Part shown: positions 26,395 to 39,057 of the stretch, piece after piece | Numbering within the stretch: position 1 is the stretch's first letter | Layout of the letters: the number at the start of each line of letters is the position of its first letter | Assembly: GCA_035221665.1 (NCBI GenBank) | Contig: CM069149.1 | Coordinates: 19,964,001 to 20,028,000, forward strand | Origin: Okamejei kenojei | Taxonomy: Eukaryota | DNA length: 64,000 nt | Reading direction: 5' to 3' | Position numbers and translations under genes: made by a program | The notes under the pieces: model-generated | Database searches by the model: none | Told to the model about the DNA's origin: nothing | The model's input: only the letters and a program-made list of their open reading frames with translations

Positions 26395-26489
26395 TACACA
26401 AAAGGCTGGAGAAACTCAGCGGGTGCAGCAGCATGTAAGGAGCGAAGGAGATAGGCAACGTTTCGGGTCGAGACCCTTCTTCAGGCTGG
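26395..26489 (-). mobile_element. Penelope pLTR-derived short insertion with intact hammerhead-like core on LRIG3 sense strand
   Basis: Minus strand reads CTGAAGAAGGGTCTCGACCCGAAACGTT (26484-26457); 11-bp TSD CTTTTTGAGCA (26384-26394 / 26490-26500). Confidence 0.88.
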
Positions 26490-26807
26490 CTTTTTGAGCA
26501 ATGTTTTAAATTTCTCAATTTTACAAACTGGAAAAAGAGTTATTTTACATCCAATAAGAGGAAGAGATGGAGAAATCAGATCCAGAACTGCCACACATGC
26601 TTAGTTAAGTAAAATGGCAGGGAATAGACTTGACATCACTTGCATAAAATTTATGCATTCTGGGTCTGTGAAGTCCATGGACTATTGTGACCAAATTGGA
26701 AACAATTGTGACATTTTAGATAGGTATGCATTCAAATCCATGAAATTTGCTCTCCTTCATTGTCACATCCCTTGACTGCATATCTGACATCAACTCCCTC
26801 TTGCTCC

Positions 26808-26990
26808 AAGGCAGCAGAGTGACAGTCAGCAGACCTGCTACATAGCATTTCCAGCAGCTCAAGTTTATTCCTGACCTCTAACTGTGTGGAGTTTGTACAT
26901 TCTCTTTGTGACCTTGTCGATCTCGTCTTGGTACTCCTGCTTCCTCCCACATCCCAAAGTAAATGCGAGCTTGTATGTTAATAGCATACA
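26808..26990 (+). mobile_element. Degenerate HE1/V-SINE
   Basis: V-domain TGTGTGGAGTTTGTACATTCTC...TTCCTCCCACATCCCAAAG. Confidence 0.7.
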
Positions 26991-28925
26991 GACAGGCAAT
27001 ACAATCCCTGGAAAGTGAATGGGAATGTGAAATAAAAAAGGTTAGGGTCCATTTCTATGCGTTTCCACTCTATGATTTCAGATCCCAGATGCTCCTTCCC
27101 TGGAGGCAGTTCTATTCCCAAAGCCTTTAATCACAGATCCAGTCCTTCTTATTGCTCAATCGATGAAGAACTAGCAAAAGTCTTGCATCAGTGTGAATGC
27201 AAGTTGTAACGCACAGGACACGTCACAGAAGTTGACTTTGTGCTGTTGGTGGTGAAGAATACAATTCAGAACTGGCATTGACCCATTATGAGTGCAAAAA
27301 GCAAAAACACCACCATACCATGAAATAGCATTAAATGGGCTAGTTTGCATCTTATTGAAATGCAGAGTTCAGCAAACCATGTAGTATATTTACTCATATT
27401 TTGATATTAAAAATGCCTTATGTTTTTATGCCAAAAACAATAATTATGGTTTCAAGATTGGCATCCAATGCCTAAATATTCAGTAGACAAAACAGAACTA
27501 TGCAGCACAGGAAATTGTGTAATAATGCAATTTAAACCAGAAATTAATGTCTTCAGACTGAAAAGGGAGCATTTCTTTTTGTACATACATTCACATCCAT
27601 TTTGTAAGTTATATTGGTCTTGAAGGGAATACATTAGATTAATGTGATTGATACATTGATTCCTGGGGATACATTACAAAAGGAGATAATTTAGAATGTT
27701 CCAGATGCATTGTTGAAGCTTTCAAGACATTAAAGATAAATTGATAGGCCAAAAAGGCACAAAGAAACTACTACACTAGGTTGGGGAATTTAGGATTTAG
27801 GGCAAGAGTCTATAATTGGACTGATGTTGAAAATGAATAGTACCTGCAAAGTTGGTACTTTGTTGAAAATGTGTGCAAAATACACCTAAAAATTAATTTT
27901 AAATCTGAAATTGGAAGTGTGCTCATTAAAATTCAAAGATAAGGCAGGGTACATGATACTAGCTGCCACCTTGTTGAATGACAGAACAGATTTGAGAAGC
28001 TAAATGTTCTATCACCATTAAATCCCAGTAAATTGATTTTTAGACTGTTATCGACATGTTTTAATCTTTGACAATTACATGACACCACAACTTTGGACAA
28101 TGACCAAAGCCCTAGAATCAAAGGCAATCACAGCATTTCTCCCGAATGGAAATTTCCTATACAATTTGAACTTTCCACCACTCAAATATTTCAAATACTT
28201 TCCAGAAAATTAATCAAGTCCCTAATCATTAAAGTCCTTTCACCTTCTGCTCACTATCCATCTGGGATTTTCTTTATTAAAGTTAAACAATGCAAAATGT
28301 CCTTTGGCTTTGTTATATTCTGTCAAAAAAGAAGTCAATACAAATAAAGCTACATTTTCAGACATATTTTACCATCATTTTCTAAGCCCAGCACTGACAT
28401 TATCGATTTATTGTTTAAGAAGTCAAATATGTTACACGAGCTGAAAAATAATTAAAAAAACCAACAATAATGCATGGAGTCTGGTACAACAGTTAACCAT
28501 ATGACCTCTGATCCAACATAACTAAAATTATTTTTTACCTGGTTTTAAGACAAATCCATGCTCCCAAAAGAGACTCATTTGTCTAATTCCAGGAATGCGA
28601 GAGAGCTGCCTTATCATGGGTGGCTAACAAAGTTAGATCTATATTCTTTTGAGTTTAGAATAAGGGGTGATTTTATTGAAAGATAAAATTCTAAGGAGGC
28701 ATAACAGAGTAGATGCTGAGACATTTCTACTGGCGGGAGTGCCTCGAACAAAATGACAAGAGGGTATAATCACTTAAAACTGAAGTTCAGGCAAACGGCG
28801 GTAAAGCTCCAATATAATCTATGCCAAAAGAATGTGGTGTAAATCATTGGAGGCATTTAGCTTTGAAAAGTTGGAGAATTTAGAGTAATGGGGAACAGGC
28901 AAAGAGGAATTAAAGCTTGGGTAGA

Positions 28926-29565
28926 TCATAGAAAATAGGTGTAGGAGTAGGCCATTTGGTCTTTCGAGCCACCATTCAACATTATCTAGGCTGATCATCC
29001 AAGATCAGTACCCAGCTTTTTCCCACCCATAGCCCGAAGAGCTAAATCTAACTCTTGAAAACATCCAGTGAATTGGCCTCCACTGCCTTATGTGGTAGAG
29101 AATTCCACAGATTCACAACTCTCTGGGTGAAAACGTTTTTCCTCATCTCAGTCCTAAATGGCCTACCCTTTATTCTTAAACTGTGACCCCGGTTTCTGGA
29201 CTCGCCCAACATCAGGATCATTTTTCCTGCATCTACCCTGTCCAATCCTCTAAGAATGTTATATGTTTCTATAAGATCCCCTCTCATCCTTCTAAATTCC
29301 AGCGAATACAAGCCCAGTCAACCCATTCTATCATCATACGTCAATCCCACCATTCCAGGAATTAACCTGGTGAACCTACGCTGCACTCCCACAATAGCAA
29401 ATGTCCTTCCTCAAATTAGGAGTCCAAAATTGCACACAATACTCCAGGACCCTGTACAACTGCAGTAGGACCTCCTAGCTCCTAAACTCAAATCCTCTCG
29501 CAATGATGGCCAACATGCCATTGGCTTTCTTCACTGCCTGCTGTACCTGCATGGTTACTTTTGAC
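28926..29565 (-). mobile_element. CR1 LINE 3' fragment inserted in an older plus-strand CR1 (28615-28925, 29566-29620)
   Basis: ORF YSLEFRRMRGDLIETYNILRGLDRVDAG...VFTQRVVNLWNSLP; CATAGAAAATAGGTG tail. Confidence 0.9.
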
Positions 29566-31184
29566 ACGATCATATTGAATAGCTCGGTAGGCTCGCATAC
29601 TTCTGCTCTGTTTTCCTTGTATCGTGCCTTGTATTTGCAATATGGTACTTGACAATGTAAGGGTCGGAGAAATGATCATTAAAGAATCTCTGTTAAACTA
29701 TAGAAACACATTGTAAACCAAAACCGGTGAAAGCACTTATAATGCAGTCTTTGTGACGAATAATTAAACCCGAATATCCAGTCTAAATTTGGAAACAAAC
29801 CCAACAAGTCAAGCTGTGTGAAATGTCAGCACATTCAAACCGCTTCATGTACAATTTTGCCTCCGGATGCTCAGAATCATAATGGCTTAAGACTACTTAT
29901 GAAATGTAAAAGCGTAGAACCATGAAGAAGGTTGTTACTTCTACTGCATCAGTGTGTTCGTCTGGCTGAACATGCACATTTGCAGATCTTCATTTAAAAC
30001 TGTAATGGGTTCTGCTTTGACATATTCCAGGAGCTTAAAATCTGCCAGCACTGATATCCAAGGGTCATCAATTCACTTTAACTGTGCATTAGCAATCGAT
30101 ATCTTTAAATTGTAATCAAACTTGTCAGAATTGTTAAGCCGACAGCTGAAATGGATAATTTCACTGAATCTTCATAACTTTATTAAATCAACTTTTCATT
30201 GGCATTAGAATTTATGCACAATTGTATAGGAATTAGCAGCATTAACAGAGCAGAAAAACTGAAATGTGCATGGATTAGTAACATTCCAAATTTAAGTCAT
30301 TAAATGGTGCCAGGTTAGCTCAACAGTGAGGGCAAGTGTACATGCAACTAATAACCACAGCACCTAGGGAAAAGCAGGAAGTAACAAGGCTGGATGGGAA
30401 GGGGATTGCTAAAGTGTCACAGAGAAAAGGCCTAACATGCAGCCAAAGGTTTTGCAGACATTTCTGCCTTCCATTTTCACGAGTAACATGTGCCCAATTA
30501 ATTTTTACGTTTTAATTTAAATTTAAATTTCAAACAATTGACGCACTTTGCCCAAGTTAATAGTAAATCATTACAGGAAGAAATTCTAATTAATTTAAAT
30601 ATTTTCAGCTCAATTTCACCTACTCTAGTCCGCTGAACAACATCTTAATGCAAGTGTATGTTGTTCTACACGAGGACAAGAGTTAGCTATGATGCCTTTC
30701 TGGTTAAAATATATGAAGATGCGCATTTGAATAAGACACTGGAGGCTATCATTCCAAGTAACAAAATTGGTATTTTAAAGGAAAAGTGCAAATTCTAAAT
30801 GCATTGCTGCTGTTAACCACTGCTGCTGGTTAACAAAATCACAGGCAAGCTAATGCAAATGAAACTTAATATCTTGCACTCTTTTTCCCACCAGCCCCAG
30901 TATTATCATATTGATCAATTTGTTCCCCCAAGATAAGTCACTATCACTGTGAACTCTGACAATATTACTATCACCCAGAATATTTCTGGGTTGTCTATAT
31001 TAGCCGATATTGTGTACTTCTGCTTATAATCCTTCTTGAAACAGAATTGTTTGGCAGGGTCAAATGAACTTATTGCATTGAATCAGTCAAAATAGCACAC
31101 TTTGAACAGCACATTGGAGCACTAAACATAAAATTTTACTTCATATCACATTTCTTTAAAATCTCATCTCTCATCCACAAATTG

Positions 31185-31493
31185 AGGAATGGTGGCGCAG
31201 CAGTAGAATTGCTGCCTTACAGCGAATGCGGCGCCAGAGACCCGGTTCGATCCTGACTACGGGTGCTGTCTGTGCGGAGTTTGTACATTCTCCCCGTGAC
31301 AGAGTCGGTTTTCTCCGAAGTCTTCGGCTTCCTCCCACACGCCAAAGGTACAGGTTTGTAGGTTAGTTGGCTTGATAAATGATATTGTCCCTGGTGTAGG
31401 ATAGTGTTAATATGTGGGGATCACTTGTCGGCATGGACCCGGTGGGCCGAAGGGTCTGTTTCCGGACTGTATCTCTAAACTAAAACTAAACTA
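31185..31493 (+). mobile_element. Full-length HE1 SINE (tRNA-derived V-SINE)
   Basis: A box TGGCGCAGCAGT, B box GGTTCGATCCT, V-domain GGAGTTTGTACATTCTCCCCGTG...CTTCCTCCCACA, CR1-type 3' tail GGGCCGAAGGGTCTGTTTCC, (TAAAC)n end. Confidence 0.92.
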
Positions 31494-32114
31494 TCACTGC
31501 ATTACAAAGCTTCAGTGGGCGAGGTGTTTCAACCAAATTAAAACTCTGCTATTGCGATTGAATTTCAAAATAATGCACTATGCCTTGTTTTCAAACTCAA
31601 AGGATGCTATTGCACTCAGAATAATTTTGGGCAATTGATTGTGTATTCAACAGTAGATTAGAAACATTAAGTTACCACACAAATTAAATAAAAGGTGTCT
31701 ATTTTCTCTTCACATTCTTTTTACCTCTTTTCACAAATCATCCAGTGTTTTGTACATTGCAAATAAACTCAGTTTGCTCAGAGGTCATCGATTGAAGTGC
31801 ATATTATCGAACTGCAAAACTAAAATTACAAGTGCACAAAATTTGTTTTTAAACACGGGCCAACCTTACACCATTATCAAAAGTCCTTTAAAAGATTTTC
31901 TTTAAAATGTCAAGTCAAAATTCACTAAGAACCCCATCACTATTCAGACTTCAATCTATGTCACTGCCCAAGAAGCCACAAATAGATTTACTCCACTTCC
32001 TTTAAACCATTTGTCTGCATCAATTTGCAAATCTCAGATCAATAAACAGTCATCAATCTCCAGGCACAATTTGAACATTCTTCCCTTCTTATGTAGGGCG
32101 GAACAGCAGTTGTT

Positions 32115-32301
32115 GTTTAAACCGAAGATAGTCACAAAAAGCTAGAGTAACTAGGCGGGACAGGCAGCATCTTGGGAGAGAAGGAATGGGTCTCAGGTTT
32201 CGACCCTTCTTCAGTCCGAAGGGCCGCAACCCGAAACGTCACCCATTCCCTCTCTCCAGATATGCTTCTTGTCCCACTGAGTTACTCCAGTTTTGAGTGT
32301 C
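32115..32301. repeat. Inverted pair of Penelope pLTR-derived repeats (fold-back)
   Basis: Arm ...GAGTAACTAGGCGGGACAGGCAGCATC...AAGGAATGGGT followed by its imperfect reverse complement ACCCATTCC...GTCCCACTGAGTTACTCCAG. Confidence 0.85.
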
Positions 32302-32536
32302 ATTCTTCCCTTCCTTCCTCACTTTCCACAATCTAAAGAAATCACCCAATTTTACCATGACCTGGATCCTTTAAAGCACTTCACTGATGCATACACCAAA
32401 CTACAAACTGTTAATTATTTGTAATAGAGATTTCCATTTTAAAATCTCAAATGGACATAAAAAGAACAAACTACCTTTGAAGACAGTCAAAGAGAACATT
32501 AAAAATCTTCCTTGGCAAACCAAGTTGTTAGCATGT

Positions 32537-32697
32537 TTTATACAGTAACATGTGGGATCACGATAAAAACAATGAAAATAATACATTTTGACAACATTCA
32601 TCCTTAGTTAAACCAAATTGTATTTGGCAAGTTTTATACAGTAACACGTGAATCACAATCAGAAAACAATGAAAATAATACATTTTGACGACATCCA
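32537..32697. repeat. Local tandem duplication (~96-bp period)
   Basis: TTTATACAGTAACA.GTG...AAAACAATGAAAATAATACATTTTGAC present twice. Confidence 0.85.
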
Positions 32698-34446
32698 ATT
32701 CATATGATGTGCACAAGTCAGGAGCTAGCTGCATCAAAAATCCTATGTCGCTCTTTTATATGCAAATTGCATGATCGATGTATGCATATTGAACTCTGAA
32801 CGGCACTTTTGCTGCCAGAATGCTAGCACAGGCCACTGATAATCTGGTACATTTTATAAAATGTAAATAACATTTTATGTTTTAACTCCCACCAATAAAA
32901 TTATTTGCAGGTTTGTAATTCAAATTTTGTGGCACATTTCTCAAATGCCATCTGCTTTTCTCATTTACTATCGGAAAACCAATATTCATATCATGTGTCA
33001 CTTAGCTCTTATTCAAGCAGCACTGCAGACACACTGGCTGCACTAACTGACCTGGGCCTAATAAAAACAAACCCCAATAAATCACCAGATGTAAGTAATT
33101 GAGTAGTGATCAGATTAATTAATTGAATAGTTTCCTGGGAATTTATTGTTACCCAACTCCAAAAAACTCAGAGCTCATTTTGAAGTAATCATCCTAGATG
33201 TTAACTGCAGACTAGAAATTGTGGCACAATACTTGTTACATGAAAGAAAGTTTGATTAACTGAATTTGGGAATTTTGCTGCAAATGAACATATGGAGGTA
33301 GTATAGCATTAGCCCGAAGAAAACTTGATTAGCTTGCAACCCATGTTTATCTGGTAACATTCAGTACTAATTCAAAAGTTCTATTTCATCTTGTGCCTCA
33401 GTCTTCAAAGTGTAGAATGACTGTTTATCATTAAAGACAGCAAGGAATAAAATATTTCATATTATGGTTTACAAATGTGTGTTCCATCTCCAATAGGAAA
33501 TGCCACACATGCAGTGTATGATGTGCCAAAGTTGAATATAAAGATGCAATTACACAACTCCGTTTCAAAATCCTTCAACAGGGATAGATGTACATTACAA
33601 CAAAAGCTATCTTTCCCCTCGTCCCAAATAGCTGCAAGTGTCAAAAATGCAAGAAAACTCCCTTGTTTTTAAAAACTTGGCTGAGGTACTATTGGTTTCA
33701 ATAAAAAATATTATCCAGCCGATTCAACACCACCAAGAAAGGTGAGAACGCAAATAGATTTTTAAAATAGAAGATAACACCCAAGATTAACCTTATTTAT
33801 GTCAAAACTTTTGCAATCACTTTTTAACCATATCTAGGGCAGTGGACAGTATGGATTAAAAAAAGATTCCTTTGGTTTCCTTTTCATTAAATGTTTGCAA
33901 AGACAGCTTACCATATAGACGAACAAACCAGTCAGCTGTAGCACAAACCCACTAGTTTCATGGTCTGTTACACATTTATGAGGTGAAACAGCCTTCACCC
34001 ATCATTGATTTAATTCAAGCATTTTGTTAAATGTGGTCTTGTAGACTTACTTCTCGCATCACTTTGGTTCTCAGAAACTTCAACATTCCATTCTTCCGCA
34101 TGGAATGGGAAGAATCTTCAATGAAGATGTGTGGAAATAGATGCATATCCACTGTAAAGACACTCTGTATCTGAATCTTCGAGCACAAGGACACAAATGT
34201 GACTCAGTTCCCTCACTGACAAGTTCTTAGTCAGGATGAAAGGTAGTGTGATCTAGGTTCTGGTGTTTTGCCATAGCTGAACAACAACCTCCTACACGTA
34301 CAGATGGTGAATAACCAACATAACCTAAAGGGCAGGGTGCACAGGATTTGGAGAAACTCAAACAAAGGATATTTGAATGACAAAAACCCTCTTAAAGAAC
34401 ACAAGCTGATCAAAAATGTACACAGATAGTGCCATGACGCTAAGTA

Positions 34447-35273
34447 TCTATATAACCAAAAGTCTCATCTTGACCACTTCCTGTCTGCACAGTATATTGA
34501 TTTTAGGGGGAAAAAAATATATATTGCTATGATTTTTGGCCATCTTACTCGCTATCCTCCTCCGCTGAGGCAGCCCCAAGGATTTTTCCGATCGATGAAA
34601 AAGAAAAAAAAGTTATGAGTGTTTAAAAAAATAGTGAGATCAGCTGATTGGTCCTCTCGCCTGTCAATCACCATGAAGAAAAGGGGGGGGGGGGGGAGAG
34701 AACTATAAAACCCCAGATGCCTGGACATGAGTCAGTCACTCTGGAAGATCGTGAGGGAGAGCCCACAACTGTGATTCTAAGCTGTGAATCAACTGAACTG
34801 TGAGTCTGCATTGTACTTGCAATAAATGATCTGTTAGCCCTTAATGACAATGCAATGAGTTGTTTGGCAATTTGGTGGCCTGCACTCTGCTTGAAATGCT
34901 ATGAAATTGAATGCGGTGGCCTGCACTCTGCTTGAAATGTTATGAAATTGAATTTGGTGGCCTGCACTCTGCTTGAAATGGAATTTCAAGGAATAGCCGT
35001 GAGTGAACTGCCAGCCCGCCAGCCCCGAGTGACTGAGCTGCCAGCCCCCCCGAGTGACTGAGCTGCCAGCCCCCCGAGTGACTGAGCTGCCAGCCCAAGG
35101 ATCCATTCGACCCACAATGTCCATACTAGCCCTCTGGAAAACAGTCCCTTCGGCCTGCGACACCCAGACTAGCGTTCCAGAAAGCACCCCACTCCCCCTC
35201 AACTAATATTGGAATTGGTGGATAGGTGGATTATTGCGTTGGAGGAACCGGCCCTCGTGTGAACTTTGTCTAG
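34447..35273 (+). mobile_element. Non-autonomous Helitron
   Basis: A|TCTATATA 5' end, CTAG|T 3' end, no TSD; internal minisatellites; homologous in inverted orientation to 42094-43454. Confidence 0.75.
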
Positions 35274-35349
35274 TATTAGATATAGTTGTACGCCACAGTA
35301 ATGGACTCTTCCACACAACTTATCTAAGCTGACCATGATCCTCATTTAC

Positions 35350-35617
35350 GCCAAATATTGCTTTCTGTCAGAGTGCATGAAAATTCCAGTCCCCATTGAC
35401 ATTTTGAGGATGTGTGCTATACTCGCAGAAATAGTCATTCAGATTATAGATTAAACCACTGCTTCAGCAGCCTTTAAGTGGATATAGGATTTTGTAGCTA
35501 TTTCAAAGAGGTCTGCTGTTTGCATGATCATGATGTGTGAATATTTTCTGCCACATTTATTATATTACAACAGTGACTAAACTTTTTTAAAAATGCACTC
35601 CTTGTGAATACTACGAC
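35350..35617 (+). mobile_element. Degenerate Deu-SINE (SacSINE1-like)
   Basis: GCTGTTTG...TGCCACATTT...ATTACAACAGTGACT Deu/3' domain; interrupted by the element at 35618. Confidence 0.55.
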
Positions 35618-36670
35618 TAGGTATGTTGCAAAACTTACCTTTAGCGGTGCTGCAGTTCTGTCACTGGCCGTGTGCGCAACTTTGGCGCCTTTGAGGCGGG
35701 GCGGGGTTAAAATGCGGTATTCCCCTTGCCATCCGGAGCTTTATTTTCTCGGAGTGCGAACCTTTGCTAAAGATTCGTTCTGACTGCCGGTAAGTCAAAT
35801 TTTTTATTTTTTCTATTTTATAAATCACCAGACTATTTCAGCGCTGCAGTAAAATAAAAATTAGCTCCTAATGCCGTGAACGCCGACAACGGGACGGACT
35901 TTACGTAGGGGACAGGTAAATGAAAGCTGTTTATTTTTCCATATAAACTTGCGTGTTTAGATGACCTTAATCAACATTTCATGTTGTGAAACGGTGATTT
36001 ATTCCCCATATGAACCGGCAGAATTTTTCCAGCCGATATGGGGTTTAAATTCACTGCAACTGCAACGTTCCAACCCATCGCGTTCCAGAAAATCCCACTG
36101 GCAAGCTGATTTAAATGGCCATTAATCTACAGACATTAAACACTAAATTCCTTCAATTTGGCCCATAAATTAATGACAATTAGAATTAAAAATCATGTTA
36201 TATTGTGAATTCTTTTGTGAATGTTATTTGGACACTTAAGCTTTAAAAAAAGAAGTTATTTTTTTCTTAAGAAATGGATAGATGTTTAGATCAAGTAATT
36301 GAATTTTGTAATTAGCTACAATTGGGTAACTAACTAATTATATGCTTTAATTTCAGGTCATCCAAGTAAGATTGTTTCATATTTGTTTCAGAATGCTTCA
36401 ATCTATAATAACTGAAAATTTATTTCAGTTCTCTTAATTTTTAAGAAAGTTATGGCCTTTTGACTGTCCTCGATCACAACTTTTGTGTTAAGTCAATAGA
36501 AAAGCAATAGGAAACAAGTTGCTAATTTCAGAGTATGAAAATGGCCACAACTTTAATACTGAAGATATGAAAGTGAATTAGGTGTCAAATTAAACTTCTT
36601 TGTATGCTTTATCTGATGGGATAAATTGCAGACTTGATTTTTTAAATCTCAAAATGTTGTAACATTGCTA
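35618..36670. mobile_element. Non-autonomous DNA transposon (TAG...CTA imperfect TIRs)
   Basis: TAGGTATGTTGCAAAACTT vs AAATGTTGTAACATTGCTA; flanking near-duplication CTACGAC / CTATGAC; CpG-richer than flanks. Confidence 0.65.
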
Positions 36671-36789
36671 CTATGACATGACTTTTAAATACTAAAGCTG
36701 GAAATGGGTATACTAGGTTTACTTTAGAAATTAGTATATCTGGTATATTGTATCATACAGTACAAATAACAATTGTCACAGAATCCTAC

Positions 36790-37310
36790 AACATGGTAAC
36801 AGGCTATTTGGGTTTAACTCATCCAAGTTAACCAATGTTGACTTCGATATTAATCTCATTGTCCAGCATTTGGCCCATAGTTTTCTTTGCCCAATAGATA
36901 TGTGCTCATCAAGACACTTAAATCATACCCGTGACCCAGCTTCAACCGGTTTCTCAGGCACATTACCTTCACCCAGACTGATGTGCAATTTCCTAAATCT
37001 CTTCCTCTTATTCTGAACCTATGTCCTCTAGTTTTATCCCTCTCGCGTATAGGAACAGTTTCCTGCAATCTATCCGAATTTTACTTCCTTATTCTTGTAC
37101 AACTCTTAACCACTTCCACTCAACAAGCCTATCTTCTCAAGCCTTTCTTTATAACTGCATTGCTCTATTCCAGTCAATGTCCTGGTGAATCTCCTCTACA
37201 CTCTCTCCAGCACCATCCATACCTTACTTTCCTTTAGCATGGTGACCAGAGGGTGCTTCAGCCAAGGCTTGACCAGGTTTTATAGAGTTACTTCCTAACT
37301 TCTATATTTA
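36790..37310 (-). mobile_element. Old CR1 3' fragment
   Basis: KTRGHRFRIRG motif and degenerate tail. Confidence 0.65.
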
Positions 37311-37386
37311 ACAAATTAATTCCAAAATCCCATGTCCATTACATTTTTTATTCTAGGACATGTGCGACATCCATTTTCTTTCGTAA

Positions 37387-37610
37387 ATGTGCTTTCACCC
37401 CACCATCTCCGCATCGAACCCAGTTTCTGACATTTCGATCATGTCCAATGTGATCCCACCACCAAGCATATATTCAAATTCCAGTCCCTTTAAGCCTTCC
37501 AGAGACCACTCATTCTGCAACTCCTTGGTTCACTTGTCCCTTCCCACTCAAACCACCTCCTCCCCAGGTACTTTGCTTTGCAACCTCAAGAGATGCAACA
37601 TCTGTCATTT
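37387..37610 (+). mobile_element. Penelope-like element fragment (RT-endonuclease linker)
   Basis: FHPT...DPTTKHIF...RDHSFCNSLVHLSLP...PGT..CN.KRCNIC, resembling the PLE linker. Confidence 0.7.
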
Positions 37611-38107
37611 GCTGTGAATAAATTCCAACTTGGAACCTCTGCCAGTTCCAGAGAATAATCAAAGACAACATTCAAGTGGCCTAGCCAGACTAGCTTTAGT
37701 GACATGCATCACTGGCCACAGCACATAGTACACAAAAAAATCCTGTAATTTAAAAGCCACTAAATGGATACATTTAGGTTTGCCTGTGAATCCAATTCGA
37801 GCAATATCCTGATGTTTATACTTTTCCTTGCATTGGCAATGTGCAATTGGCAATGTTCAAGACTCATCAATCTCAATGCATAGCCAATGAAAATAAGAGA
37901 TTGTACAAAACGCAAAGCTTTGCAAAGGTAACTTTAAAAAAACAGCTGCATTGTATAGCACTTCAATCATTGCTTTTGAAGCATAATACTTTTGATAAAT
38001 GCACATGCAGCCAGCATTCTGCACTGGCAACTTCCCTCCACACAGAAATAGAAATTGGCGAGAGGGAAGCAAATAAAACTGCATGTGCTGGAATGCATAG
38101 CAGAATA

Positions 38108-38195
38108 AAGGAGAGCAGCTGGAGGAACTCAGCATGTCAAGCATCATGGAGGAAAATGCAGTCGATATTTTGGGTTGAGACCCTTCATCTAGACT
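38108..38195 (-). repeat. Older-subfamily Penelope pLTR repeat with decayed hammerhead core
   Basis: Minus strand AGTC-TAGATGA-AGGGTCTCAACCC-AAAAT-ATC-GACT; helix I AGUC/GACU retained, catalytic core mutated. Confidence 0.65.
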
Positions 38196-38559
38196 CAGAC
38201 TGACACCATATTTTTCATTTTGATAAAAAGAAACAGAATACGGAGGAACTGCTTTTACCAATGCACAAGATTATTGTCTGAGCTGAATAACATTAATCGA
38301 GGCTGATAACACAACAAAACATTCCAATCAAAGAGTGGCATTAACATTTGCTTCCATCAAGCCAATTTCCATAAAATCATCTCCGTCCCTACAATCCTAG
38401 GAATAACATTCTAATCCAATTTTCCTGAATTGTTCAGTACGCATGGACACCACAATAAAAGATGAATGTGATTATGACAGAATGTACATAGCCTTGCTAG
38501 ATAGCATTTCAAAAAGCTACAAAGCCCCAAGTAATAAAAAAGTAAAAGGTATCACTTAC

Positions 38560-38634
38560 AGTGAAAGAAGGGTAATGTTTGCAGCTATAATTCCAAAGCT
38601 TGGGATTGTAGTTAGTTCATTGCGAGTTATTTTT
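38560..38634 (-). CDS. LRIG3: LRIG3 exon 3 (LRR)
   Basis: 75 nt, CAG/GTAAGT; KITRNELTTIPSFGIIAANITLLS. Confidence 0.92.
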
Positions 38635-38718
38635 CTGAAAGTCAAAAAGGTAAAGTCAGAAATGGATAATAGACACCAGCAATAGTTAATTCTAGTGTAC
38701 AAATACAATGCGACTTAC

Positions 38719-38790
38719 ATTTCCTGTAAGTTGTGCAGATGGGTAAACAAGCTGCCATTGATAGAAGTAATTCGATTATGACTCAAGTCC
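38719..38790 (-). CDS. LRIG3: LRIG3 exon 2 (LRR)
   Basis: 72 nt, CAG acceptor and GTAAGT donor, phase 2-2; DLSHNRITSINGSLFTHLHNLQE. Confidence 0.93.
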
Positions 38791-39057
38791 CTGAAAGAAA
38801 ATTACACATTAATGTGAAAGTTCAATTTTAGCATATAATTTGCAACAACATTTGATAAAATTCACTTGATTTTTCATGTTAAGGGTTATGCGAAAATTAG
38901 GCATAAATTTACAACCATTATGCTTTGGATTTTCAACCAACTAGACCTGCTTCAACTTTTGGTTTAATGAACAAAAAGGAATTCCACAATAGCACATGGG
39001 ATAAAACATACTTCCTTGTATAACTGAGATCGCAACTTATTTGGTTTGCTGCTTTGT

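Noticed and set aside
30330-30350. p53/p63 site GGGCAAGTGTACATGC
   Set aside because: The CWWG cores are 4 nt apart rather than the canonical 6
31185-31260. tRNA gene
   Set aside because: The A/B boxes belong to the head of an HE1 SINE; no full cloverleaf, and it continues into the V-domain and LINE tail
34873-35097. Regularly spaced direct repeats resembling a CRISPR array
   Set aside because: Eukaryotic intron; units are contiguous minisatellites without unique spacers inside a Helitron; no cas genes
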